Assembly: GCF_018141105.1 (NCBI RefSeq)
Contig: NZ_CP054839.1
Location: 5,489,411-5,521,410 of the forward strand
Source of the DNA: Saccharopolyspora erythraea
Lineage (GTDB): Bacteria > Actinomycetota > Actinomycetes > Mycobacteriales > Pseudonocardiaceae
Direction of reading: 5' to 3'
DNA: 32,000 nucleotides
Position 1 is the first letter of the stretch, and every line of letters begins with the position of its first letter. Shown one piece after another: positions 1-7,856 of the stretch. The position numbers and the translations under genes were made by a program. The notes under the pieces are model-generated. The model was not told the origin of the DNA, did no database searches, and saw nothing but the letters and a program-made list of their open reading frames with translations.

Positions 1-562
1 CGATGCCGCAGCCGGTGAGCTGCTCGACCTTGTCCGGGTTGTTGGACAGGATCCGGATCCGGTCGATGCCCAGCGCGCGCAGCATCGCCGCGGCGACCCG
101 GTAGTCGCGCTCGTCGTCGGAGAAGTTGAGCCTGCGGTTGGCCTCGAAGGTGTCGACGCCGAGCTCGTCCTGGAGGAAGTAGGCGTCGAGCTTGTTGTAG
201 AGCCCGATGCCGCGGCCTTCCTGGCGCAGGTACAGGATCACCCCGCCCTGCCGGCTGACGGTCTCGATCGCCTCGTCGAGCTGCGGCCCGCAGTCGCAGC
301 GGGCCGATCCGAACACGTCACCGGTCAGGCACTCCGAGTGCACCCGGACCAGCGGGACCTCGGTGCCGCCGCCGAACACGAGCGCGATGTGCTCCTGCCC
401 GTCGGAAGAGCCGGAGAAGGTAACGACCTCCGGTTTGAGCGTTGCGCCGTCGGCCTTGGACAGGAGTGGAATCGTGACGCGCCGTCGCACCGCGACGGGG
501 CCGTTCCCGTTGTCCTCGGCCGCAGCCGGTGGTCGTTGGTCGCCATCAAGAGGACTGGGCAT
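1..562 (-). CDS. ribA: GTP cyclohydrolase II (RibA-like), partial, C-terminus beyond left edge
   Basis: Own translation of the reverse strand from ATG at 562: [19 protein letters not shown]...[119 protein letters not shown]. The [20 protein letters not shown] zinc site, RQEGRGIGL and NNPDK motifs are characteristic. Not in the supplied ORF track because it is truncated. Confidence 0.93.
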   Translation of the reverse strand, partial: MPSPLDGDQRPPAAAEDNGNGPVAVRRRVTIPLLSKADGATLKPEVVTFSGSSDGQEHIALVFGGGTEVPLVRVHSECLTGDVFGSARCDCGPQLDEAIETVSRQGGVILYLRQEGRGIGLYNKLDAYFLQDELGVDTFEANRRLNFSDDERDYRVAAAMLRALGIDRIRILSNNPDKVEQLTGCGI

Positions 563-660
563 CTGCTCCACCCCCGGTAGGAACCTCGTAGCGCTGTCAT
601 GCCGCTGCGTCCGAACAGCGACCCGTCCATGACAGCCGAGGCCCGCCGGGGCGGGCATGA

Positions 661-678
661 CGGTACGTACCGATACGT
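661..678. promoter_or_regulatory. Candidate operator upstream of ribA-like gene
   Basis: Perfect 12-bp palindrome CGGTACGTACCG (661-672) overlapping a second inverted repeat ACGTA-CCGA-TACGT (665-678), about 100 bp upstream of the RibA start. Confidence 0.4.
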
Positions 679-933
679 TTGCCGGCCGGAGAGGCGGAGT
701 GTCCGCGCCCGCGTTCCGCTTTCCGGAAACGCAGTGACCAGAACGATCAAGGTCCGCGCGCTGTTGCGGGCTCCTCGCTCATGCGGCCCCGCATGCGTTC
801 CCGCCGCGAGACGCGCGGAATTCCCCGCAGCCGTGGGACTTCCGACGACGCGGAACCGAAGATCCGCCAGGATGCACGAAAGCGGCCCGGCCGGACGCGG
901 GTGCGCCGGCCGGGCCGCGGAGTGCGTCTGCGG

Positions 934-1830
934 CTACACGCGCCGCAGGATGGTGTCGGCCATCTCCAGGGTGTGGTCGATGCTCTTGGCCAGGAACATC
1001 AGGTCGACCAGCAGGTGCTCGACGCCGGCCTCTTCGACCGCGCGGCCGATCGCGGTGACGACCTGGTCGATGGTGGCGGTCTGGTCCGGGTAGACGCGCA
1101 GGATCATGTCGATCGCGCCCGGGTCGCGCCCCTCCTCCTCGGCCAGCTGCCGGATCTGGCTCATCGGCGCGGTGATCGCCATGCCGGGGTCGACGTCGCC
1201 GGGAACCGGCAGGATCGGCAGCCAGCCGTCGCCGCGCTGGGCGACCCGGCGCATGGAGGCGGGAGCGAACCCGCCGATGTAGATCGGCGGGTGCGGACGC
1301 TGCACTGGCTTGAGGTAGGCGTGGGTCGGCGGCACCTGCCAGTGCCGGCCGCCGTACTCGGCGACGTCGGCGGTCCAGAGCTGTTTGAGCGCATCCAGGC
1401 ACTCGTCCATGCGGGCGCCCCGCTCCTTGATCGGGATGCCCGCGGCCTGGAACTCCTCCGGCGACCATCCGACGCCGAACCCGGGCACCAGCCGGCCCCG
1501 GCTGACCACGTCGATGGTGGTGAGCGACCGGGCCAGCAGCGCGGGCGGATACCACGGCGCGTTGAGGACGTTGCTGCCCAGCAGGACGTTCTCGGTCGCG
1601 GTGGCCGCGACGGTGAGCATCGCGAAGGGGTCCAGGATCCGGTGGAACTCGTCCGGGATCGTGTCGGCTCCCGGCGGGTAGCCCACGGTCGGCTCGACCG
1701 GGGCGAGCAGCCGGTCACCGACCCAGAGGCTGCCCGCGCCCAGCGCCTCGGCCTCCCGCGCGAACGAGGCGATGTCGGCTGCCTGGTGCGCCAGCGTCCC
1801 CAGCTGCGGAAGGCTGAAACCGATGCGCAT
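934..1830 (-). CDS. LLM-class flavin/F420-dependent oxidoreductase
   Basis: 298 aa; MRIGFSLPQLGTLA..., EALGAGSLWVGDRLL, GVGWSPEEFQAAGIPIKERGARMDECLDALKQLW, typical of the luciferase-like monooxygenase family; AGGAGG ribosome-binding site upstream. Confidence 0.88.
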   Translation of the reverse strand: MRIGFSLPQLGTLAHQAADIASFAREAEALGAGSLWVGDRLLAPVEPTVGYPPGADTIPDEFHRILDPFAMLTVAATATENVLLGSNVLNAPWYPPALLARSLTTIDVVSRGRLVPGFGVGWSPEEFQAAGIPIKERGARMDECLDALKQLWTADVAEYGGRHWQVPPTHAYLKPVQRPHPPIYIGGFAPASMRRVAQRGDGWLPILPVPGDVDPGMAITAPMSQIRQLAEEEGRDPGAIDMILRVYPDQTATIDQVVTAIGRAVEEAGVEHLLVDLMFLAKSIDHTLEMADTILRRV

Positions 1831-2061
1831 CTGTCCTCCTAGCTAATCGTTTATAGGAGTTGCTTCTAAAAAAGAAGTGAACAGAGCGCAAGGTAGCAGC
1901 AGGACGTGGCGGCAACAACTGCCGGACGGGGACCGCGTGGTGTGACTTGGAAAACCCCGAGGCGGCAAGCAGAACAGCCGACCCGAGGTGGCCAGCGGGG
2001 ACACCGGACGCGGCAGGGCAGGCAGAAAGCGCCGGACACGGAGCGTCGCGGACGCGAGGCG

Positions 2062-2112
2062 ACGCGCGGAACGCGGAGGCGCGCGGAACGCGGAGGCGCG
2101 CGGAACGCGCCG
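2062..2112. repeat. Three short tandem copies of a 17-bp GC-rich unit (GCGCGCGGAACGCGGAG)
   Basis: Read directly: ...GCGCGGAACGCGGAG / GCGCGCGGAACGCGGAG / GCGCGCGGAACGCGCCG. Confidence 0.6.
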
Positions 2113-2170
2113 AACGCGACATGGTGAGCGGAACGCGGAGCGTGCCGGCGACGGGGGTCAGGCGGGAGGG

Positions 2171-2512
2171 TCAGGCGGGGAGGTTCTCCATCGCCCAGGT
2201 AGCCAGCTCGCGCAACGCGGGCAGCAGCGCGAGACCCGCGGCGGTCAGTTCGTAGGTCACCGCGACCGGCGGCCCCTCGTCGACCCTGCGCTCGACGAGA
2301 CCGGCCCTGCGCAGTTCGCTCAGGCGCTCGGAGAGCATCGAGTCGCTGATCCCCGACAGCGCGCGCTTGAGCTCGGAGAAGCCGGCAGGTCCCGCGAGCA
2401 GGGTGCCCAGCAGCACACCGCTCCAGCGCTTGCCGAGAAAGTCGAACGCACGGGCCAAAGCCGCGTCGCAGACGCGCTCGTCGCTTTCGGCCGCCTCCCT
2501 CATCATGTCCAC
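2171..2512 (-). CDS. HxlR-family winged-helix transcriptional regulator
   Basis: 113 aa; CDAALARAFDFLGKRWSGVLLGTLLAGPAGFSELKRALSGISDSMLSERLSELRRAGLVER is the HxlR/MarR-like HTH signature; divergent from the WrbA gene. Confidence 0.88.
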   Translation of the reverse strand: MDMMREAAESDERVCDAALARAFDFLGKRWSGVLLGTLLAGPAGFSELKRALSGISDSMLSERLSELRRAGLVERRVDEGPPVAVTYELTAAGLALLPALRELATWAMENLPA

Positions 2513-2582
2513 ACTCTACCCATCGGGTGACGCCGGAAGGCCCCGAACGAACCGGACGACGCCGGGACAACACGGCCACAAC

Positions 2583-2631
2583 AATCGGAGAATCCTCCAC
2601 TAACCGATTGCATGCGGAGACTTCTCCGATT
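2583..2631. promoter_or_regulatory. Candidate regulator operator between hxlR-like and wrbA-like genes
   Basis: Perfect 10-bp inverted repeat AATCGGAGAA (2583-2592) / TTCTCCGATT (2622-2631), plus an internal CCGATTG (2604-2610) that also pairs with CAATCGG (2582-2588), in the divergent intergenic region. Confidence 0.5.
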
Positions 2632-2700
2632 AGGCTGTGCTGAGCTCCGCACGCGCGAAGTCAGCCACCCGAGCAAGCAGCAGAACAGGAAAGTAGCGCC

Positions 2701-3315
2701 ATGTCCGTGAAAGTCGCCGTCATCTACTACTCCTCCACCGGCAACGTCCACGCCCTCGCCCAGGCCGTCCGCGAAGGCGCCGAGAAGGCCGACGCGGAGG
2801 TGCGCTTCCGCCGCGTCGACGAGCTGGCTCCCGACTCGGCCATCGACGCCAACCCCGCGTGGCGGGCGCACGCCGAGGCCACCAAGGACATCGAGCCGGC
2901 CACCCACGAGGACCTGAAGTGGGCCGACGCCTACGCCTTCGGCACCCCCGTCCGCTTCGGCGACGTCGCCTCGCAGCTCAAGCAGTTCATCGACTCCACC
3001 GGCGGGCTCTGGTACGCCGGTGAGCTCTCCGGCAAGCCGTTCACCGGCTTCACCAGCGCCATCAACATGCACGGCGGCAACGAGGCCACGCTGCTCTCGC
3101 TGTACCACATCGCCTTCCACTGGGGTTCGGTCATCGTGCCGCCCGGCTACAACGACGCCAGCGTCCCGGCCGCCTACGGCAACCCCTACGGCGCTTCCTA
3201 CCCGTCGGGCATGGACGGCGAGCCGCCGAACGAGCGGGTGCTGGCCGCCGCGCGCTTCCAGGGCTACAACCTGGCCACCGTCACCGCGCGGCTGCTGAAC
3301 GGCGCGCAGGGCTGA
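2701..3315 (+). CDS. wrbA: NAD(P)H:quinone oxidoreductase, WrbA-type flavodoxin-like
   Basis: 204 aa; VAVIYYSSTGNVHALAQAVREGAEKA, PTHEDLKWADAYAFGTPVRFGDVASQLKQFID, HGGNEATLLSLYHIAFHWGSVIVPPGY: WrbA-family motifs. Confidence 0.9.
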   Translation: MSVKVAVIYYSSTGNVHALAQAVREGAEKADAEVRFRRVDELAPDSAIDANPAWRAHAEATKDIEPATHEDLKWADAYAFGTPVRFGDVASQLKQFIDSTGGLWYAGELSGKPFTGFTSAINMHGGNEATLLSLYHIAFHWGSVIVPPGYNDASVPAAYGNPYGASYPSGMDGEPPNERVLAAARFQGYNLATVTARLLNGAQG

Positions 3316-3328
3316 TCCGGACGCCGGC

Positions 3329-3712
3329 ATGACCGCGACGACGGACCTGATCGGACACTGGCGACTGGGCTCCTTCGTGGAGTTCGACGAACAGGGGAAC
3401 CCGAAGGAGAGCCCGCTCGGCGGTTCACCGCGCGGATCGCTCTACTACGGAGCGGACGGCTACGTGTCGGTGCACATCATGCGCACCGACTCCGCGCCGC
3501 CGCCCGCCGCGAGCTACATCGGTTACACCGGAAGGTGGCGGCTGGCCGGTGACCAGGTCGTGCACGAGGTCCGGATCGCGACCGACCCCACCTGGCCCGG
3601 CTCGGAGCAGGTGCGGGACTTCTCGCTCGACGGCGACGAGCTCGTCCTCGGCCGCACCGACACCGTGGACGGCGAGCCGTTGCGGGCCCGGCTGGTGTGG
3701 CACCGCGCCTGA
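3329..3712 (+). CDS. Lipocalin-like domain small protein
   Basis: 127 aa; LIGHWRLGSFVEFDEQGNPKESPLGGSPRGSLYYGADGYVSVHIMR...YTGRWRLAGDQVVHEVRI fits the lipocalin-like domain pattern; starts 13 nt after the wrbA stop, so probably co-transcribed. Confidence 0.7.
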   Translation: MTATTDLIGHWRLGSFVEFDEQGNPKESPLGGSPRGSLYYGADGYVSVHIMRTDSAPPPAASYIGYTGRWRLAGDQVVHEVRIATDPTWPGSEQVRDFSLDGDELVLGRTDTVDGEPLRARLVWHRA

Positions 3713-3728
3713 GGCGCCCGAACAGAAC

Positions 3729-3776
3729 CGGAAGTGATCACTCGTGCGGCCATCCGGCCACGAGTGATCACTTCCG
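3729..3776. repeat. Long perfect inverted repeat (18-bp arms, 12-nt loop), operator or bidirectional terminator
   Basis: CGGAAGTGATCACTCGTG (3729-3746) / CACGAGTGATCACTTCCG (3759-3776), loop CGGCCATCCGGC. Each arm contains the palindrome AGTGATCACT. Confidence 0.8.
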
Positions 3777-3861
3777 CGCGTCCTACGATGACTCCCGCAG
3801 GTGGCAGCTGCTTCCCGGGAGGCAGCAGCGAGGCCGCCCGAGGTCAAGCGAAGGGAGCACC

Positions 3862-4497
3862 GTGGCAGAGCGATCTCGCGGCGGCATGTTGCCGATCGTC
3901 GGTCAGCGCCCGGCCGAGCGGGCTGACGCAGCGCGCAACCGCCGCAAGATCCTGCTGGCCGCGTCCCGGCTCATCGCCGAGAACGGCGCCGAACACCTGT
4001 CGCTGGACGAGGTGGCCGACGCCGCCCAGGTCGGGGTGGGGACGGTGTACCGCCGCTTCGGCGACCGGGCGGGACTCGTGCAGTCCCTGCTCGACGAGCG
4101 GGAACGCCAGTTCCAGGAGGCGTTCATGCAGGGGCCGCCGCCCCTGGGCCCGGGAGCTCCGCCACAGGAACGCGTCCGCGCCTTCCTGCACGCCCTGGTC
4201 GACCGGGTCGAGGAGCAGTCCGACCTGCTGCTGGTCGCCGAGGCCACCACGCCGGCGGTCCGCTACAACGACGGCCCCTACCCCGTGCGCCACCTGCACC
4301 TGGTGACCCTGCTGGCGCAGCTCAGGCCGGACGCCAACGCCCACTACCTCGCACACGCGCTGCTCGCCCCGCTCTCGGCGAGCCTGGTCATCCACCAGCG
4401 CACCAACGAGGGCCTCGGCGTCGAGCGGATCAAGTCCGGCATCGACGACCTGCTGGCCCTCGTCGGCGTGCGGGCGGAACCGGACCCGGCTACTTGA
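3862..4497 (+). CDS. TetR-family transcriptional regulator
   Basis: GTG start at 3862 preceded by AAGGGAG; HTH RRKILLAASRLIAENGAEHLSLDEVADAAQVGVGTVYRRFGDRAGLVQSLLDER. Confidence 0.87.
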   Translation: MAERSRGGMLPIVGQRPAERADAARNRRKILLAASRLIAENGAEHLSLDEVADAAQVGVGTVYRRFGDRAGLVQSLLDERERQFQEAFMQGPPPLGPGAPPQERVRAFLHALVDRVEEQSDLLLVAEATTPAVRYNDGPYPVRHLHLVTLLAQLRPDANAHYLAHALLAPLSASLVIHQRTNEGLGVERIKSGIDDLLALVGVRAEPDPAT

Positions 4498-5497
4498 CCG
4501 CGGTGATGAGCTGGTCGGCACCGGACAGCGGCCGCACCCGGCACTGCCGGAACCCGGCATCGGCCAGCCAGCCGAAGCACTCGGCCGCCGTGTAGCTGAC
4601 GCCCCCGCCCTGGTCGACCAGCATGTGCAGGCTGATCAGCAGCCCGGGAGCGCTCTCCCGCTGGTCTTCCTCCACCAGCATGTCGTAGATCAGGATCGTG
4701 CCGCCCTCGGGCAGCGCGTCGTAGGCCTTGGCCAGCAGCATGCGTCGGGTCGCGAGGTCCCAGTCGATGAGCAGGTGACCGAACACGACCGCGTCCGCGG
4801 CGGGGAACGACGCCGTGCGGAAATCGCCCGGGGTGAAGCGCATCCGGTCGGCCAGCCCGTGCCGGGCGCTGGTCTTGTCGAAGCCGTGCTCGACCATGGG
4901 CAGGTCGAAGCCGACGCCGGTCAGGTGCGGGTGGGCGAGCAGCAGGCGGGAGAGCACCGAACCGTCCGAGCACCCGATGTCGGCGACCGTGGCGACGTCC
5001 TGCCACGGGAAGCTCCCGGCGAGCGCGGTGCTGGCGGCGACGGACCCGCCCGACATCGCCCGCTGGAACTCTTCGGAGAGCCCCGGGTCGGAGTGGATCG
5101 CCTCGTAGGGGACCTGGCCCCCGTACGACTGGGAACGGCCCGTGCGCAGCGCGTCGGCGAGCCTGCCCCAGGACCAGTACCAGTGGCTTCCCATGTACTC
5201 CAGCATTCCGCCGACGTAGGTGCCCGCGCCGGGGTCGCCGAGGTACCTCGAGGTGGCCGCCGTGGCGGCGTAGCGCTCGTCGGCGTACTCGAGCAGCCCC
5301 AGCGCCACGAGGCAGTTGAAGAAGTCCCTGGCACCGCGTCCGTGCAGCCCGAGCTGCTCGCGCAGCTCCTCGGCCGTCAGCGGGCCTTGCGCCAGCAACG
5401 GGAAAACGCCGAGTTCGACCGCCGTGTGCACCGCACGCGCGCTCATGAAACCCAGGGCGAGCTCCTGGATGTGGTTGAGTTCCGCGTTCGCCGTCAT
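4490..5497 (-). CDS. SAM-dependent O-methyltransferase (class I, antibiotic O-methyltransferase type)
   Basis: 335 aa; VADIGCSDGSVLSRLLLAHPHLTGVGFDLPMV SAM-binding motif, GDFR, AVVFGHLLIDWDLATRRMLLAKAYDALPEGGTILIYDMLV. Overlaps the upstream hydroxylase stop (ATGA). Confidence 0.87.
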   Translation of the reverse strand: MTANAELNHIQELALGFMSARAVHTAVELGVFPLLAQGPLTAEELREQLGLHGRGARDFFNCLVALGLLEYADERYAATAATSRYLGDPGAGTYVGGMLEYMGSHWYWSWGRLADALRTGRSQSYGGQVPYEAIHSDPGLSEEFQRAMSGGSVAASTALAGSFPWQDVATVADIGCSDGSVLSRLLLAHPHLTGVGFDLPMVEHGFDKTSARHGLADRMRFTPGDFRTASFPAADAVVFGHLLIDWDLATRRMLLAKAYDALPEGGTILIYDMLVEEDQRESAPGLLISLHMLVDQGGGVSYTAAECFGWLADAGFRQCRVRPLSGADQLITAVK

Positions 5498-7083
5498 CGG
5501 CCGGCTCCTCCTGGGGATAGTTGGGTGCGCAGATCGTCGATGAGCGCGGCGGCACCGTCCTGGTCGCGGGCCGCGCCGAAGAGGTAGAAGTCCGGGCGCA
5601 CCAGGATCGCCACCGCACCCAACCCGGTGAGGTAGGGCACGTAGACGTCGCCGGTGTCCACCACCGTCCGCACCGCGCCGTCCTCCGCCTCGGGCAAAGC
5701 CGATCCGGCCGGCAGGACGTGGACGACGTTGGCGCGCAACGACTTCAGGTATGCCAGCCGCGCGTCGTCGACGAGCCGCGGCTCGAGCGCGATCAGCGCG
5801 AAGCCGCGCCCGACGACCTCGTCGAACAGCCCGGAAGCGTCGGCGGTCGAGACGGTTCCCTGCGGGGTCAGCTCGCCCGCGGGCGAGTCCTCACCCGGGG
5901 CGTGCAGCAGTCCGCTGCGCAGCGGCGTGATGTCGAGGACCACCCCGTCGGACTCGCCCGCCTGCTCCCGGGCCGCCAGCATCTTCTCGTCCCGGGCGCG
6001 CGCCGCCTCGGGGTCCGGTTCGCAGATGACCCGGCCGAGCTCCACCGACTTCGTGATGGCGTACTGGACGTGCTCACGGCGTTCGGCCGGGTAGGTGTCG
6101 ACGACGTGCTCGCCGACCGAGCCGGAGAGCACCAGGTCCAGTTTCCAGGCGAGGTTCGCCGCGTCGCGGAACCCCGAGGACATGCCCTGCCCGGCGAACG
6201 GCGGCATCAGGTGCGCGGCGTCACCTGCCAGCAGCATGCGGCCCGACCGCCACCGCTCGGCGTGCCCGGCCTTGAAGGTGTAGACGGCGTGGCGATCCAG
6301 CGTCGCGTTCTCGGAGGTGATCCCCTCGATGGCCAGCAGCTCCCACGCCTTGCGCGGGCTGTCGAGCTCCTCGAGGGTCTCGCCCGGCACCCGCATGAAC
6401 TCCCACCTGCGGTGGCCCGGCCCGGCCGACACCGCCGTCCTGGGCCGCGCCGGGTCGCAGACCTGCAGGTTGTCCGGGCTGTACTCGCGCACCGGCCGCA
6501 GCGTGACGTCGCAGATCAGCCAGTCGTGGCTGAACCCCAGCTCGGTGAACCCGGAGCCGATCCGGTCCCGGACGAAGCTGTTGGCGCCATCGCAGCCCAC
6601 GACCCAGTCCGCGACGACCTCCAGGGACTCGTCGCCGCTTTCGGCGACCACTCGCACACCCCGGTCCGAGTCCTCCACGCGCACCGCCTCGTAGCCCCGG
6701 AAGACCTCGAGGCCCGGGAGCTGCCCGCCTCGTTCGATGAGGGCGGCCTCCAGTCCGGGCTGGTACATCGAGGTCGTGATGGGCCAGCCCTGCGGTCCCC
6801 GGTCGCCGATTCCGGTGAAGTGCAGCAGGTCCTGCCCCTCGCCGTTGCGCCAGACGTAGTCGCCGGTGGGTTTGCCGAACTCGCCCAGCGACGGGTCGAT
6901 CCCGGCGGAGGCCAGGATGCGCGCCGACTCGCCGTCGAATACCACCGCGCGCGGCATGGTGTAGGGCTGCGGCCAGCGCTCCACCACGACAACGTCCCAG
7001 CCGCGCTGGGCGAGCAACGCCGCCATGACCTGGCCGACCGGCCCGTAGCCGATCACCGCCACGTTCGTCCGCTTGCCGGTCAT
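5494..7083 (-). CDS. FAD-dependent aromatic hydroxylase, MhpA (3-(3-hydroxyphenyl)propionate hydroxylase)/Rif-Orf19-like
   Basis: 529 aa; N-terminal GxGPVG FAD motif (VAVIGYGPVGQVMAALLAQRGWDVVVVER), VVGCDGANSFVRD, GRMLLAGDAAHLMPPFAGQGMSSGFRDAANLAWKLDLV. Confidence 0.88.
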   Translation of the reverse strand: MTGKRTNVAVIGYGPVGQVMAALLAQRGWDVVVVERWPQPYTMPRAVVFDGESARILASAGIDPSLGEFGKPTGDYVWRNGEGQDLLHFTGIGDRGPQGWPITTSMYQPGLEAALIERGGQLPGLEVFRGYEAVRVEDSDRGVRVVAESGDESLEVVADWVVGCDGANSFVRDRIGSGFTELGFSHDWLICDVTLRPVREYSPDNLQVCDPARPRTAVSAGPGHRRWEFMRVPGETLEELDSPRKAWELLAIEGITSENATLDRHAVYTFKAGHAERWRSGRMLLAGDAAHLMPPFAGQGMSSGFRDAANLAWKLDLVLSGSVGEHVVDTYPAERREHVQYAITKSVELGRVICEPDPEAARARDEKMLAAREQAGESDGVVLDITPLRSGLLHAPGEDSPAGELTPQGTVSTADASGLFDEVVGRGFALIALEPRLVDDARLAYLKSLRANVVHVLPAGSALPEAEDGAVRTVVDTGDVYVPYLTGLGAVAILVRPDFYLFGAARDQDGAAALIDDLRTQLSPGGAGR

Positions 7084-7850
7084 CAGGCCGCTCCTCCCGT
7101 GATCTCGCGCACGACCTCGTCGTGGTCGGCTGCCTTCACCAGCACCCTGATCCGCTCCTCACCGTTGTCCACAGTGGTCAGACGCCTGCCGAGCAGGACC
7201 CACTGCCCGTTCTCCGTGGCGCGGGAGCGGATGACCGTGCCGATGCCGAACTGCTCGGCGTCGTCGGCGTCGTCCCCGCCGGGGTTCCACTCGGCCAGCT
7301 CGCGCGGCCGCGGGTCGAACCGGTAGAGGCCGTGCCAGTCACCTCCGCGCGCCCTGCGCTCCAGCACCTGGTAGCCGCCCTGGGGTACGACGCGGTACTG
7401 GCAGCCGTACTGCTCCTGCACCTCCGGCGACACGCGCACCGGCTCCAGGAAGCCCGGCCCGGCGAACCCGACGTCGGCCAGCCACAGCTCGCCGTCGATG
7501 CGGACGCCGAGGAAGACGTGCGCCAGGTCCGGGCCGAAGGTGCCACCCGGGCCGCACAGCCCGCCCATCAGGAACGAGACGTCGAAGCCCAGCTCGCCCA
7601 GCAGCCGGTGGAACAGCCCCGCGAGCTCCCCGCAGTGGCCTCCCCGGCGCGCCACGACGGCCTCGTCGAACGCGGCGTCGAGGTCGATGTTCCCGCCGTT
7701 CATCCCGGCGGCGACCTGCTCGGAGAGCCGGGAGTTGTCGTAGGGCAGCGACATCACGTGCTTCTTGTGCAGTTCTCGCAACGCCTCCCGCCCGGGCGCC
7801 GCGGATCCGGAGCATCCGATGCCCGACAGGTAGGTTTCCACGCTGAACAA
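7083..7850 (-). CDS. rifF: RifF-like amide synthase (arylamine N-acetyltransferase superfamily), polyketide release
   Basis: 255 aa; RRGGHCGELAG with Cys73, DLAHVFLG with His111, LWLADVGF with Asp126 by direct counting, the same triad spacing as RifF/NAT enzymes. Starts 6 nt after the PKS stop; ATGA overlap with the downstream hydroxylase. Confidence 0.92.
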   Translation of the reverse strand: MFSVETYLSGIGCSGSAAPGREALRELHKKHVMSLPYDNSRLSEQVAAGMNGGNIDLDAAFDEAVVARRGGHCGELAGLFHRLLGELGFDVSFLMGGLCGPGGTFGPDLAHVFLGVRIDGELWLADVGFAGPGFLEPVRVSPEVQEQYGCQYRVVPQGGYQVLERRARGGDWHGLYRFDPRPRELAEWNPGGDDADDAEQFGIGTVIRSRATENGQWVLLGRRLTTVDNGEERIRVLVKAADHDEVVREITGGAA

Positions 7851-7856
7851 TTCCGG

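Noticed and set aside
563-933. Possible FMN riboswitch upstream of the ribA-like gene
   Set aside because: No recognisable RFN-element consensus was seen; only short palindromes. A covariance-model search (Infernal, Rfam RFN model) would settle this but could not be run.
1863-1877. CTTCT-AAAAA-AGAAG inverted repeat upstream of the LLM gene
   Set aside because: Only 5-bp arms; could be part of an A-rich promoter but too short to call a separate element.
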